A program made the position numbers and the translations under genes. A DNA stretch of 64,000 nt from a virus: IMG/VR virus record IMGVR_UViG_3300033571_014591, positions 4,185 to 68,184 of that record; one strand, given 5' to 3'. Positions 43,944-54,700 of the stretch are shown here, in pieces (position 1 is the stretch's first letter; each line of letters begins with the position of its first letter). The notes beneath the pieces are model-generated. The model was not told the origin of the DNA. It ran no database searches and worked only from the letters and a program-made list of their open reading frames with translations.

Positions 43944-46057
43944 TGCCAGCTACACGTACTGCAAAAGGCACAGCAGCGTCAAAGAATCAAGCTGCCGGGG
44001 CGTGGTCTCCTGCTTCATTGTCTTCAGTCACCATAGCTAATGGTGCCTCAATTATTGTAGGTGTAGCCAGTCTTGGTAATAACAACGTCACAGCTGTGTC
44101 TTGGAACGGCCAAGCACTAGCAAAGAAGACTGGATCAGGGTTCTATACAGCTATATGGGCTCTGCACAACGTCACCGGAGCTACCGGGCAGGTCACGATT
44201 ACGCAAGCTACTGGAGGTACTGGCTGGAACCTAGCAGCCTTCGTAATTCAAGTTACAGGCCTTGCAACCTCACCAGATGACAAATCCGCAGGGCCAGTAA
44301 CAGGCACGTCAACTGCTCCGTCTTCCGGTGCCACCGCAACTACCGCCCAGAATGATGAATTTCTGGTCGGATGTATCACAACCCAAGGGCCAGACGGCGA
44401 CACACTCAATACTGGCTGGAGCAACGGATTTAGCACTGGACAGGCACTCGGCACAACAGGTGCGTCGGCTGCATCAAACACCAAGGTGTGGGAAGGTTAT
44501 AATACTGTATCCACAACAGGGACTTATACTGCAGCAGCCACCCTGACAACATCGCGTGACTGGGGTGCAGTCATTGCTACGTTTAAGATTGCTGCAGCTG
44601 GTTCACCTTCGGTTAGCCCAAGCAGCTCGGCCTCAGCCTCGGTGTCGCCCTCGGCATCTGTATCGCCTTCAAGCAGTGCTTCCGCATCAATTAGTCCAAG
44701 TTCGTCGGTGTCACCATCGGTGTCGCCGTCAGCTTCGGTCAGTCCGAGTAGTTCTGCGTCTGCATCTGTTAGCCCTTCGTCAAGTGCATCTCGGTCAGTC
44801 AGCCCTTCGGCATCTGTCAGTCCCAGCTCGTCTGCCAGTGCTAGTGTCAGTCCATCGGCATCTGTTAGTCCATCGAGTTCGGTCAGTGCTAGCGTATCGC
44901 CAAGTGCGTCAGTTAGTCCGTCAAGCTCTGCCAGTGCATCTGTATCTCCCAGTGCGTCGGTATCACCATCGGCATCGGTAAGCCCTAGCTCCTCAGCTTC
45001 AGCATCCATTTCGCCCAGCTCTAGTGCCAGCCCGTCAATTGCTCCCTTTGTGGTGCGGGTATCGTGGGTTCGCCTGGAGACAGGCAATGGCACGTCGCCC
45101 TCTGCGTCGGTGTCACCGTCCAGCTCAGTATCGCCTTCGGTGTCGCCTTCGGCGTCGGTGAGTCCATCGAGCAGTGCTAGTGCGTCAACTTCGCCATCAT
45201 CAAGTGTTAGCCCGTCAAGCTCAGTAAGCCCATCGGTTAGCCCGTCAGCTAGCGTATCTCCGAGTAGTTCGGCCAGCCCTTCGGTTAGCCCGAGCGCATC
45301 TGTTAGCCCAAGCTCAAGTGCAAGCCGCTCAGTAAGTCCATCGGCTTCAGTATCGCCGTCGTCAAGCGCGTCGGCCAGTGTGAGTCCCTCGGCGTCAGTG
45401 AGTCCCAGCTCATCAGCTTCGGCTTCGGTCTCACCCAGTGCGTCGGTAAGCCCATCAAGTAGCGTCTCTGCATCGGTCTCCCCGTCTGCCAGTGTGAGTC
45501 CGTCCAGCAGTGCTTCGGCTTCAGTATCTCCGAGTGCCAGCACTTCACCCTCATCAAGTGTGTCGGCATCAGTATCACCATCGGCCTCAGTCAGTCCGTC
45601 TAGTAGTGCAAGCCGATCAGTCAGCCCTTCTGCTTCAGTAAGTCCATCGTCGTCGGCTTCAGCCTCGGTTAGCCCGTCGAGTTCAACTAGTCCGTCCTCC
45701 TCGGCTAGCGCATCGACTTCCCCGTCTGCTTCACAGAGCCCATCGAGCAGCACGTCTCCTAGTGTTTCTCCAAGTGCATCTGTAAGCCCGAGTGCTTCGC
45801 TATCGACAAGTATTTCGCCCTCGTCGTCAGTAAGCCCGTCGAGTTCAGCGAGTGCCAGTGCTTCGCCCTCAAGCTCAGCGAGCGCTTCAGTATCTCCGTC
45901 AGCATCGACCAGCCCGTCAAGTAGCGTCTCACCGAGCGTGTCACCCTCGGCTTCACAGAGTCCCAGCTCTTCGCCTAGCTCCTCTGCGTCAGCTAGCCCG
46001 TCCCCCTCACCCAGTGTCAACAGGGGTAGCCTGCTCCTGCTGGGTGTCGGCATCTAA
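43943..46057 (+). CDS. Ser/Pro-repeat (mucin-like) virion protein 2
   Basis: N-domain similar to protein 1, two long SPSASV tracts, C-terminal LLLLGVG motif. Confidence 0.85.
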   Translation: MPATRTAKGTAASKNQAAGAWSPASLSSVTIANGASIIVGVASLGNNNVTAVSWNGQALAKKTGSGFYTAIWALHNVTGATGQVTITQATGGTGWNLAAFVIQVTGLATSPDDKSAGPVTGTSTAPSSGATATTAQNDEFLVGCITTQGPDGDTLNTGWSNGFSTGQALGTTGASAASNTKVWEGYNTVSTTGTYTAAATLTTSRDWGAVIATFKIAAAGSPSVSPSSSASASVSPSASVSPSSSASASISPSSSVSPSVSPSASVSPSSSASASVSPSSSASRSVSPSASVSPSSSASASVSPSASVSPSSSVSASVSPSASVSPSSSASASVSPSASVSPSASVSPSSSASASISPSSSASPSIAPFVVRVSWVRLETGNGTSPSASVSPSSSVSPSVSPSASVSPSSSASASTSPSSSVSPSSSVSPSVSPSASVSPSSSASPSVSPSASVSPSSSASRSVSPSASVSPSSSASASVSPSASVSPSSSASASVSPSASVSPSSSVSASVSPSASVSPSSSASASVSPSASTSPSSSVSASVSPSASVSPSSSASRSVSPSASVSPSSSASASVSPSSSTSPSSSASASTSPSASQSPSSSTSPSVSPSASVSPSASLSTSISPSSSVSPSSSASASASPSSSASASVSPSASTSPSSSVSPSVSPSASQSPSSSPSSSASASPSPSPSVNRGSLLLLGVGI

Positions 46058-46085
46058 TTCCTATCAGACAGGAGATAATTATTTG

Positions 46086-46574
46086 ATGAAACCTGAGCTA
46101 CAACCCGGAGATTGCCTTCTCTACAGCCCCGCCCCCAAGTCTGTCTTTGGATGGCTGATTGCCATTAAAACTTGGCACGCCGTGTCGCACTGCGAAGTTT
46201 ACATCGGAGAGGGCATGAGTGTAGCCAGTCGGGACGGGAAGGGTGTCGATAGCTACCCAGTAAGGTGGGATAACCTCTCCATCATCATGAGGCCTAAGGG
46301 GGAGTATAAGTTTAACCTGCAGGCAGCCTTAAAGTGGTTCATCACTGAAGCCAAGGGGCAGAAATATGACTGGGTTGGGCTGCTGCGTTTTAGCTGGCGG
46401 TCGGACTTTGTGAAGGGCGGGGAGAATAACAAGCAGTTCTGCAGTGAGTTCGCCACCAGGTTCTACCGAGCTGGGGGACTTGACCCCTTCAACGGAGAAG
46501 ACGCCGATGCAGTGCCGCCCTATTTATTCAGTATCTCTCCGGTGTTTAGCCGGGTGCCTTTGAAGGAGGCCTAG
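46086..46574 (+). CDS. Permuted papain-like NlpC/P60 (YiiX/YebB-like) enzyme
   Basis: LQPGD.LL, SH...YIG, G.KYD, FCSEF. Confidence 0.85.
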   Translation: MKPELQPGDCLLYSPAPKSVFGWLIAIKTWHAVSHCEVYIGEGMSVASRDGKGVDSYPVRWDNLSIIMRPKGEYKFNLQAALKWFITEAKGQKYDWVGLLRFSWRSDFVKGGENNKQFCSEFATRFYRAGGLDPFNGEDADAVPPYLFSISPVFSRVPLKEA

Positions 46575-46688
46575 ATGTGGAAGTCAGTTGGCAAGTGGGC
46601 AATTAAGTTAGCCGTTTTTGCTTTTAATCACCGTGACGAGCTGATCGCAGCCGTTGACGCCGTGGAAGCCGCAAAGAAGAACAAATAA
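46575..46688 (+). CDS. 37-aa amphipathic peptide
   Basis: GGAGG RBS; MWKSVGKWAIKLAVFAF... Confidence 0.5.
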   Translation: MWKSVGKWAIKLAVFAFNHRDELIAAVDAVEAAKKNK

Positions 46689-46694
46689 GCTCTC

Positions 46695-47975
46695 ATGAAG
46701 GCTAAGACATTAGTTGTTGCAGCCCTATCAGGCACTGGAGTTCAGACTGTTACAGGAGTAACCGATAGTACAGGTGCGCCTTTCACTGGAGAGGCGTTCC
46801 TGATTTACGGCAACTCAGCTGCAGACACCTTGGCAACCTTCTGCCGTGCCTCTTACGGCATGGACGATTTGGTATCACCCCGTGGTATGGCATTTGACGA
46901 GACCAACGAGTTCGGGGGCAAGATTGTTTCTTCGGGGGCAGGCAATAAGTCTATCCTTGACGAGCGAGGATCTGTGTTCTTCGGCGGGGCTATTGAGAGG
47001 CAAGCTTACATTAGTGCATCCCGCTCTGGTGAGTTCGATATTACCTATACAGTCAATAACCGCACCGGAGACAGCTTTATTGTTACTGTGCTAGGCGGGG
47101 ATGATCTTCAGGCCAAGATTGGAGTAAATCCCACATCTGAAGTGTATACCGTTGGGTTTGCACCCGAAGCGGTTATTGGCCACCAGCAGGTAAATGGGGG
47201 CAGCTCTCCTGCTACCTCAGGGGGCGGCGGTAGTTCCTACGGGTGGGCAACTAAGTCCAGCGGCATGGGCACGTCTGCTATTGCTATCGTTCCTCAGGGG
47301 GGCAATGCCCGGTACCAGGTAAGCACCCTTTCAGGTGCTGTGCTTGATCAGGCATCTCTAGGATCTGTTTCTGTCTCTGGCACAGTCACAGATTTTGGCT
47401 CTGATAGCTTTACACTTTCTGGGGCGTCCTTTGGCGGATCCTATGCATATTTAGCTGTCGGAGGAGGAATTCTTGCTCGGGCAGGAATTATTACTCAGCC
47501 TCTTACTGCAGGGTCTGTAGAGGTTATCACCGGCATTACCAACAGGCTCGTCCTGCTGATGAGCGTAGGGTCGACAACGTCTACAGCTGTACAAACCGAT
47601 AGGGCGACATTAAGCCTTGGTTCTTATGACGGTATCAGTGCCGCTGTTCATCTTGTGGGAGACGCGACCGTTGGCAACCCTGCCAGCACAGGATTTCGCT
47701 ACTTAAGCACATCTGATGTGGGCCTTATGGCTACCCCAAACGGGGGCAGTACAGCGCTGACAACTAAAGTCCAGGGCAGCGGATTCTCTGAAACTAACTC
47801 GTCTTTTACCTTGAACTTCTCAGACGTAGACGGGGCTGCTGTTGAATGGTACTGGCTGGCCCTTGGAGAGACTCCTGCCCCTCCCCCGCCGCCAATTCCT
47901 GGGTGTGTGCCGTTTTTGTCCAATAATGCGCCGGTGACGACTGCAAGTTGTATCCCCGGAATTCCTAGAACTTAA
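46695..47975 (+). CDS. Putative tail-associated protein (three repeated beta modules)
   Basis: Recurring G-F-x-P ... F-T-L ... YLA-G modules; Pro-rich tail. Confidence 0.65.
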   Translation: MKAKTLVVAALSGTGVQTVTGVTDSTGAPFTGEAFLIYGNSAADTLATFCRASYGMDDLVSPRGMAFDETNEFGGKIVSSGAGNKSILDERGSVFFGGAIERQAYISASRSGEFDITYTVNNRTGDSFIVTVLGGDDLQAKIGVNPTSEVYTVGFAPEAVIGHQQVNGGSSPATSGGGGSSYGWATKSSGMGTSAIAIVPQGGNARYQVSTLSGAVLDQASLGSVSVSGTVTDFGSDSFTLSGASFGGSYAYLAVGGGILARAGIITQPLTAGSVEVITGITNRLVLLMSVGSTTSTAVQTDRATLSLGSYDGISAAVHLVGDATVGNPASTGFRYLSTSDVGLMATPNGGSTALTTKVQGSGFSETNSSFTLNFSDVDGAAVEWYWLALGETPAPPPPPIPGCVPFLSNNAPVTTASCIPGIPRT

Positions 47976-47990
47976 GCTACCTTAGGAGAT

Positions 47991-49610
47991 ATGGTGAAGA
48001 AAACACTACTTTATACCGCTGCCCTCCTTGGCGCAGTCCTGGTTACAGACGCTGCCGCACAGGGCTCCCTCAGCAACCAGGTGCTACGCCTGCTCAGCCG
48101 AGCCAACACCTGGACGGGCATTAATATCTACGACCCCTCAGTGGGCATTGTGCTTGATTCTGACGGCACTGACCCTGACGCGGGGACCACCAATACCCTC
48201 TACAACAAGGGGGGTAACCTGTACTTCAACGGTGCCCTGCTGGAGTCTAGCGCGTCGAGCGGCACGGTTACGTCTGTTGGGTTGACAGCCCCCACGGACG
48301 TGTTTAACGTGGCCAACAGCCCAATCACCTCTGCTGGCACCCTGGCGATTACCTTCGACACCCAGTCAGCTAACCGGGTCTTTGCGGGACCAACTACCGG
48401 TTCAGCTGCAGCGCCAGCTTTCAGGTCTCTGGTGGCTGCGGATATCCCGGACATCTCCTCCACGTATTTAACTGCGTCCAGCTCGGCCACCCTTACCAAT
48501 AAGTCGGGCAATATCTCCCAGTGGACAAACAACTCAGGCTACATCACCAACTCAGTAGCCACCCTGAGCAGCCTGACCTCTATTGGGACTATTGCTACTG
48601 GTACCTGGAACGGTACGGTTGTGGCTGGGCTATACGGCGGCACCGGAGTGGCTAACTCGGGTAAGACCATTACGCTTGGGGGCAATCTGACGACTTCAGG
48701 AGCCAACAACGTAACCCTGACCACCTCAGGAGCCACTAACGTCACACTGCCTACCTCAGGCACCCTCGCAACTACAGCAGCGACCTCACTAAGCAGCCTT
48801 GCGACAGTCGGGACCATCACGTCAGGCACCTGGAACGCCACAGCCATTGGCCCAACCTACGGAGGCACAGGGCTTACTTCGGCCACCCAAGGCGACATCA
48901 TTTACGCGTCAGCGACTAACACGTGGGCAAAGCTAGCCAAGAGCGCCACGGCTACTCGCTATTTAAGCAATACGGGCACCACTAATAACCCCGCGTGGGC
49001 GCAGATTAACCTCACGAACGGGGTCACTGGAGTTCTGCCCTCGGCTAACGGAGGCCTTGGTGTAGACACCTCAGGGGTAACCAACGGCCAACTGCTGATT
49101 GGCAAGACCTCAGATAACTCGTTGAATCTGGCGACCATTACCGGCACCACAGATCAGATCACTGTAACCAACGGAGCCGCCAGCATCACCCTAAGCACAC
49201 CGCAGGGCATTAACACCACCTCAACCCCCCGGTTTGCACGGCTAGGGCTGGGCACCGGCGCGGGGGCTACTGCTGTATTGACCACCTCGGGCGTCTTCGA
49301 TGTGGGCTACTACGACAACGGCAACTCAGGCACAGCCAAGACAGTTACGTGGACAAACGGCATGGTGCAGAAGATTACCCTCAACAACACCACGACCCTA
49401 ACCTTCGCAGGAGCCACGAACGGTGTCGCAGAGTACCGGCTTGATGTTATCCAGGACGGCACAGGATCCCGCACAGTAACGTGGCCAGCTGCAGTCACGT
49501 GGCAGGGAGGCTCTGCACCTACGCTAACCACCACGGGAGGCAAGACAGACATCTGTACGTTCAGGTGGAACGGGTCGGTTTACTTCGGCAGCTGCTCACT
49601 TAACTACTAA
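47991..49610 (+). CDS. Tail-fibre-like protein with signal-peptide-like N-terminus
   Basis: GTVTSVGL and GTWN...YGGTG repeats; C-terminal QDGTGSRTVTWP...P.LT...D domain. Confidence 0.75.
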   Translation: MVKKTLLYTAALLGAVLVTDAAAQGSLSNQVLRLLSRANTWTGINIYDPSVGIVLDSDGTDPDAGTTNTLYNKGGNLYFNGALLESSASSGTVTSVGLTAPTDVFNVANSPITSAGTLAITFDTQSANRVFAGPTTGSAAAPAFRSLVAADIPDISSTYLTASSSATLTNKSGNISQWTNNSGYITNSVATLSSLTSIGTIATGTWNGTVVAGLYGGTGVANSGKTITLGGNLTTSGANNVTLTTSGATNVTLPTSGTLATTAATSLSSLATVGTITSGTWNATAIGPTYGGTGLTSATQGDIIYASATNTWAKLAKSATATRYLSNTGTTNNPAWAQINLTNGVTGVLPSANGGLGVDTSGVTNGQLLIGKTSDNSLNLATITGTTDQITVTNGAASITLSTPQGINTTSTPRFARLGLGTGAGATAVLTTSGVFDVGYYDNGNSGTAKTVTWTNGMVQKITLNNTTTLTFAGATNGVAEYRLDVIQDGTGSRTVTWPAAVTWQGGSAPTLTTTGGKTDICTFRWNGSVYFGSCSLNY

Positions 49611-49625
49611 GTTATAATGAGAACT

Positions 49626-49772
49626 ATGAAGAAAAACATCGCAATCGGATTGATTCTACTGTTCAGCCTCTACGGAGCGGTGAACTTTATCGGTAAGGGC
49701 TGGTATTACCTGAAGGTCATTCGCACAACCGAGCGCATCCTCAAGGCTCAGAACGTGCAGTTCCAGTTCTAA
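49626..49772 (+). CDS. 48-aa membrane protein
   Basis: Hand-translated MKKNIAIGLILLFSLYGAV... Confidence 0.5.
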   Translation: MKKNIAIGLILLFSLYGAVNFIGKGWYYLKVIRTTERILKAQNVQFQF

Positions 49773-49787
49773 CATGAGCACCCAGTA

Positions 49788-50507
49788 ATGGCAAACTATG
49801 TTGCATACACTCTGGCGGATTTGCAGGCTCAACTGGCTCAGCGTGCAGATGGGTCGCCTTTTTGGACGTCAAGCGAAGCGACCGACGCCATTAATGAAGC
49901 ACTTCTGACGTGGAATGCCCTTACTGGGTTCTGGCGCGACACTATTACCCTGACCACTACGCCCAATAATTGGGACTATGCACTGCCTGCCTCGCTGGTG
50001 TTTGGCACCCGTGTGGAGTATGAGGGCAAGTCTCTGGCACAGGCGTCAATCGGTGACATGGATTATGGGCATCCCGGCTGGCAGGGACAAACCACAGCGT
50101 CAGGGGGATCCGTGCCAAACGTCCCCCGCGTGTGGTTGCCCCTTTCAGTTGACATGATTGCTATCTGGCCTGCAGATGCTACCGGAGGTCACACTCTTAC
50201 TGTAGACGGCGTGGCTGCTACTCCCAAGCTCAGTGCACCTGGGGACTACATTAACATTGGCAATGAGGAGCTGAGCGCAGTGCTCGGCTATGCCCTGCAC
50301 GTCATGGCCCTGAAGGAAGGTGGTGCACGTTTTGAAGGCACTATGGGGTATCTGCAGGACTTCCTCCGCGCTGCTGCAGAGGAGAACGATCAGCTCACTA
50401 TGAGCAGTGAGTTTAGGAACTTCATTGGCACTGATGAGAACCGGCAGACCCGCGTTACTCGCGGTGGCAAGACTGCCTATGATGATCTCTCGGGCAGGAC
50501 TCCCTAA
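49788..50507 (+). CDS. Adaptor/tail-collar-like protein, paralogue 2
   Basis: TLADL, FW...E..DAINEA, Y.LP, IWP, YA. Confidence 0.7.
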   Translation: MANYVAYTLADLQAQLAQRADGSPFWTSSEATDAINEALLTWNALTGFWRDTITLTTTPNNWDYALPASLVFGTRVEYEGKSLAQASIGDMDYGHPGWQGQTTASGGSVPNVPRVWLPLSVDMIAIWPADATGGHTLTVDGVAATPKLSAPGDYINIGNEELSAVLGYALHVMALKEGGARFEGTMGYLQDFLRAAAEENDQLTMSSEFRNFIGTDENRQTRVTRGGKTAYDDLSGRTP

Positions 50508-51082
50508 TGGCTACCTACAAGGGCGTCTCGTTTACTACAGTTACAGCCTACACTGATCCCACACTGACAGATCTTGCCATCATCTATAGTGACGTAGGGC
50601 AAACAGAGGTAGCCAGAAATCCCTTTCCCTGCTACGGAAATTATGAGTTCTACGGCACTGCTGGGCACTACATTGTGCACGGGGATTTCACTAGACTGCT
50701 GGCAGTAAACTCATCAACCAAGCTGTGGATTTATAAAGCGCGCACTACTGCGACTTCTGGGTATCCTGACAACGGGCATCTGCTGTGGGACAACGCCACC
50801 CAGACAAGTGCTACTCACCTTATCCTGAGTCACCTCACTGAAGACGGGCTGGACATTGATATCTTTGTCACTTTCACTCAGGCAGGCGATAAGATCATCC
50901 TGCAGGACTCAGATGACTCGGGGAATAACCAGCAGTGGGACGTGACTGGAGCCCCGGTTAACACTAACGGAGGCACTCCAACAAGCTACTGGACTATTCC
51001 AGTCACACTTGATTCGTCAGCAGGCGACGGCACTACAGGATTTGCCAACAATCACATCCTCGTTTTGGGGGTTTTATCATGA
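50507..51082 (+). CDS. Hypothetical virion protein
   Basis: TAATG coupling; beta-rich. Confidence 0.6.
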   Translation: MATYKGVSFTTVTAYTDPTLTDLAIIYSDVGQTEVARNPFPCYGNYEFYGTAGHYIVHGDFTRLLAVNSSTKLWIYKARTTATSGYPDNGHLLWDNATQTSATHLILSHLTEDGLDIDIFVTFTQAGDKIILQDSDDSGNNQQWDVTGAPVNTNGGTPTSYWTIPVTLDSSAGDGTTGFANNHILVLGVLS

Positions 51083-51711
51083 GCTTCACCGACCAGCAGG
51101 TCATGACGCAGCTGCAATACACAGTCATTGAAGACCCTGACGGGGGACAAACCTGGGCGTCCGGGCTGTGGGATATGGATGAGGTTATTGCTTATCTGAA
51201 TGATAGGCAGAACCAGTTCCTGAAGGACACCCACTTCCAGTTCGGCATCGCCCTGATTGACGCCGTGCAGGGGACATATATTTATGACCTCCCTGACGAC
51301 TGGATTAACACTATCCGGGTGCTGTGGATCAATGCTGCAGGGGAGACCAAGGAGTTAACCCGCAGTGACATCTGGGAAGCCGACTACGGTATGCCCAACT
51401 GGTCTGTGGTTCAGGGTATTCCGAATATCTTCTATGACGGGGATAAGCCCATCACACTGAGGGTCATGCCGGTGCCTTCTGAGAACGCCACCATTCAAAT
51501 CCACTACGTCCCCTACGCCGCGCTACTTGATGGTTCAGGTGAGTTGATGACCCTGCCTGATGAGTTTGTGCCGTCCATCAAGTACGGGGCGCTTGCAGAC
51601 ATGTTCTCCAAGGTGGGCCGTGCAGCGGATCCGGTGAGGGCTGAATACTGTGCCAAGCGCTACCGCATGGGCGTAGAGATCGCCAGGTTGCTTGTGAAAG
51701 GGTTCGCCTAA
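51079..51711 (+). CDS. Adaptor/tail-collar-like protein, paralogue 3
   Basis: W..DEV..YLN, YDLPDD, P.P, LPDEF...I.YGALA. Confidence 0.72.
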   Translation: MSFTDQQVMTQLQYTVIEDPDGGQTWASGLWDMDEVIAYLNDRQNQFLKDTHFQFGIALIDAVQGTYIYDLPDDWINTIRVLWINAAGETKELTRSDIWEADYGMPNWSVVQGIPNIFYDGDKPITLRVMPVPSENATIQIHYVPYAALLDGSGELMTLPDEFVPSIKYGALADMFSKVGRAADPVRAEYCAKRYRMGVEIARLLVKGFA

Positions 51712-51790
51712 TGGCATTGTGGGCTGCCCATACTTCGGGCCAAGATGCTAATAACATGTCTATTCCGACTCCCCCAGGAGCTGAGCAGTA

Positions 51791-54700
51791 ATGCCAATCC
51801 AGAAGTCCTTAATGGGCACCCCAGTCGTTCCGGCCCAACTTGATGCCCCATTTGAATCCCACTTTACCCGGTTCGGATTAAAGGGCATTGACATTAACAA
51901 TGCCGTCGACGCGGTGGAACCCAATGAGCTGACCCGCATGCTCAATGTTACCCACCGTATGGATTCGAGCATTACCTCACGGGCGGGGCAGACGAATATC
52001 TACGGCAGTGCAGTGGGGACTAATCACCACTCAATCAAGCGGTTGAACTCTCCCAATGATGCTTCTTATACGCGGCTTATTGGTGTAGACACAGCTCTCT
52101 ACGGCGGCGTTAACTCACTCAGTCTGATTGAAACCGGATTCAGCGGTGAGCCTCTGAGCATGGTGCAGTATCATCCACCCCTCAGTGGAGCCAGCTGGAT
52201 GTACATTGGTGACACCAATAAGATGCGTAAGGTGCGTGCTGATGGGCTCAGTCTGCCTATTGGCCTCCCTGCTCCTTCGACTGCTGCCTCTACTGCACTG
52301 AGTGCTGAGAACAAAACCGTCATTGCCTCCTTCACATCTGCAGACGGCACTGATCCTAGCAGCTGGACGGGCAACCCTGGATACACCTACGACAGCCCCC
52401 CGGTTCCTATTGGTGGCACTGAAATCTACGCCGTAAGTGAGCCTGCTGTAGGCCCAGGTATTGCCTTTGGCGCGCTGTATCCGCAGCTGACCCGGAGTGG
52501 CTACTACGCCTTCTACGGTGTTCCTCATACTGTGGATCTTAGTCAGGTGGGCGGCGTGCCTGCTCAGGATGATGACTACATTCATCTGCAGCTGAACTTC
52601 TCACACACGCAGTTCATTAAAGAGTTCCGTATTTATCTGGTGTGCAGCCAGACCTTCAGCCCTTCAGTGCTGCCGGGTGTGTCAGGGGAAGACGGAGCGA
52701 ACTCTGATGCCTACGTGAAGGCTTTCAGTGCCAACGACTTTGCGGCCTTTGTGCAGGCGCAGTTGACACAGTTTGACGCAGCTGAGCTCGCTCGTATTAG
52801 AAGTCTGCGGAACCAGAATCTCACAGAGAGCAGCCCGACCATCAGCGATGCACGCTACGACAGCATGCTCGATAACCCGAACCTCAACACTGTGGTGGCG
52901 GGTGGAGAGATTGCGCGTACCATCACGGCAGCATCGAACGCCGCGTCAGACCAATGGCAGCCCTACGGTGTTGTGAGTATTCCGCTACGTCGAGGTGATT
53001 GGCAGCGCATTGGTACTACTGCAGGGCGTAACTGGAGCAACATCACAGGAATTGTCTGCTATATCCAGACGGGGCCGTCCGGTGAGAACCAGGTCGGCAC
53101 AGTAGCTGTACGCCTCAGTGAACTCTACATGACAGGCGGCAGCGGACCAGACTCGGGCGAGGCTGAGGACTCACCATATGACTACCGCTACACCCACTAT
53201 GACCCGCGCACAGGTGCAGAGGGCAACCCGTCTCCGGTGCAAAGCGAGACAGCATATCTTGATGCCCTCAGGCGGTCGATTGTGGTTACGCCTGCAGCTT
53301 ATGGGGACAGCAGCATCAGGCAGCGCATTTATAGGCGTGGTGGTTCAGCAGTATCGGACTGGTTCTACGTTGGGCAGAATGACTCTGACGGCGGGGCGTT
53401 TGTCGATGAAGAGACAGACGGGGAAGCCATTGCTTCAACTTCACTGCAGATTGATAACTATCAGCCAGTCGCTACAGTCAATGCCTCAGGGGACACTGTC
53501 CTTGGGCAGCCGCTGAATAGCATCTGGGGGCCGCTGCAGGATCTCATCTTTGGCTGTGGGGATCCGTATAGACCAGGAGACGTGTACTTCTGCAAGCCCG
53601 GAACCCCCGATAGCTGGCCTGATGATTATAGGACTGAAGTAACTGCCCCGTCAGAGCCGCTGCTGACAGGGTGCATGTATAACAGCCAGAGCTTTGTCTT
53701 CAGCTCAGAGCGTGGGTTTATTCTCTACCCGAACTTCAGTGGAGAGATCCCCTCGGTTTCTGCGGCTAATACAGGCTGCACCAGAGGTCCAGTGTGCCGG
53801 TGGGGGCTTGCTGTTGGGCTGGGCGGGATTTACTTCGTTAACAACGACGGCATCTACCGCACGGTTGGTGGAGCTGAAGAATGGTTGAGCATCGACATCG
53901 ATCCTATCTTCAGGAACAAGGTCAAGAATGGGTACTACCCTGTAGACTTCAGTGACCTCACAGCTATCAGGTTGGAGATCTTTGAGAACGAACTGTATTT
54001 CCAGTATAGAGACACTGCTGGCGACATGCAGGTCATGATCTACTCGATTCCCTTCCAGTTCTGGCGGCACTATCAGTTTGGTGCAGACCCCAGCTGCTTC
54101 TACGCAGACGAGGGCAATGATGACTCTGTGCTGCTGATTGGCGGTATGACGACGGGTAAGACCTACTCGTATTCGGGTACCAGTGATGACGGCGCAGCCA
54201 TTGAATGCAGCATGAGGACTGGAGCCATTGACTTCGGCAGACCTCGCTTGGAGAAGCGCTTCGGGGACCAGACTCTAGACTATGACAGCCCCATTGAGCT
54301 GACCCTGGTGAACTACGTCGATTACGAGGCTGTTCAAAACGCTGACGTGCTGGTTCCGGCTTCGTCTGGACGGCAGGTGGCAGTGCTTGATGACTTCGGG
54401 ACAACCCCGGAGCGTGCCAAGAACATTGCCACAGACATCTCCTGGAGCACTACAGGAACGTCACCGATCATCTATCAGCTCGGCACTACCATGCAGGCTG
54501 AGCCTGACATTACAGTCAACCGGGTGACGCAGTGGGATGACCTTGGACATGCAGATGCCAGCTACCTGATGGGCGTCACGTTTGACTGCGACACGGGCGG
54601 TGAAGACCGGACCATCATTATTGAGGGCGATTACGACGGGGCGATTATTACTGTCGCTACCCTGACAGTGAATGCTTCAGGTAGAAGGAAGCTGAAGTTC

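Noticed and set aside
44524-46053. 509-aa minus-strand ORF (and 43013..43489)
   Set aside because: Antisense shadow of the Ser/Pro/Ala/Val repeat; low-complexity DGLTEA sequence lying opposite a well-coupled operon.
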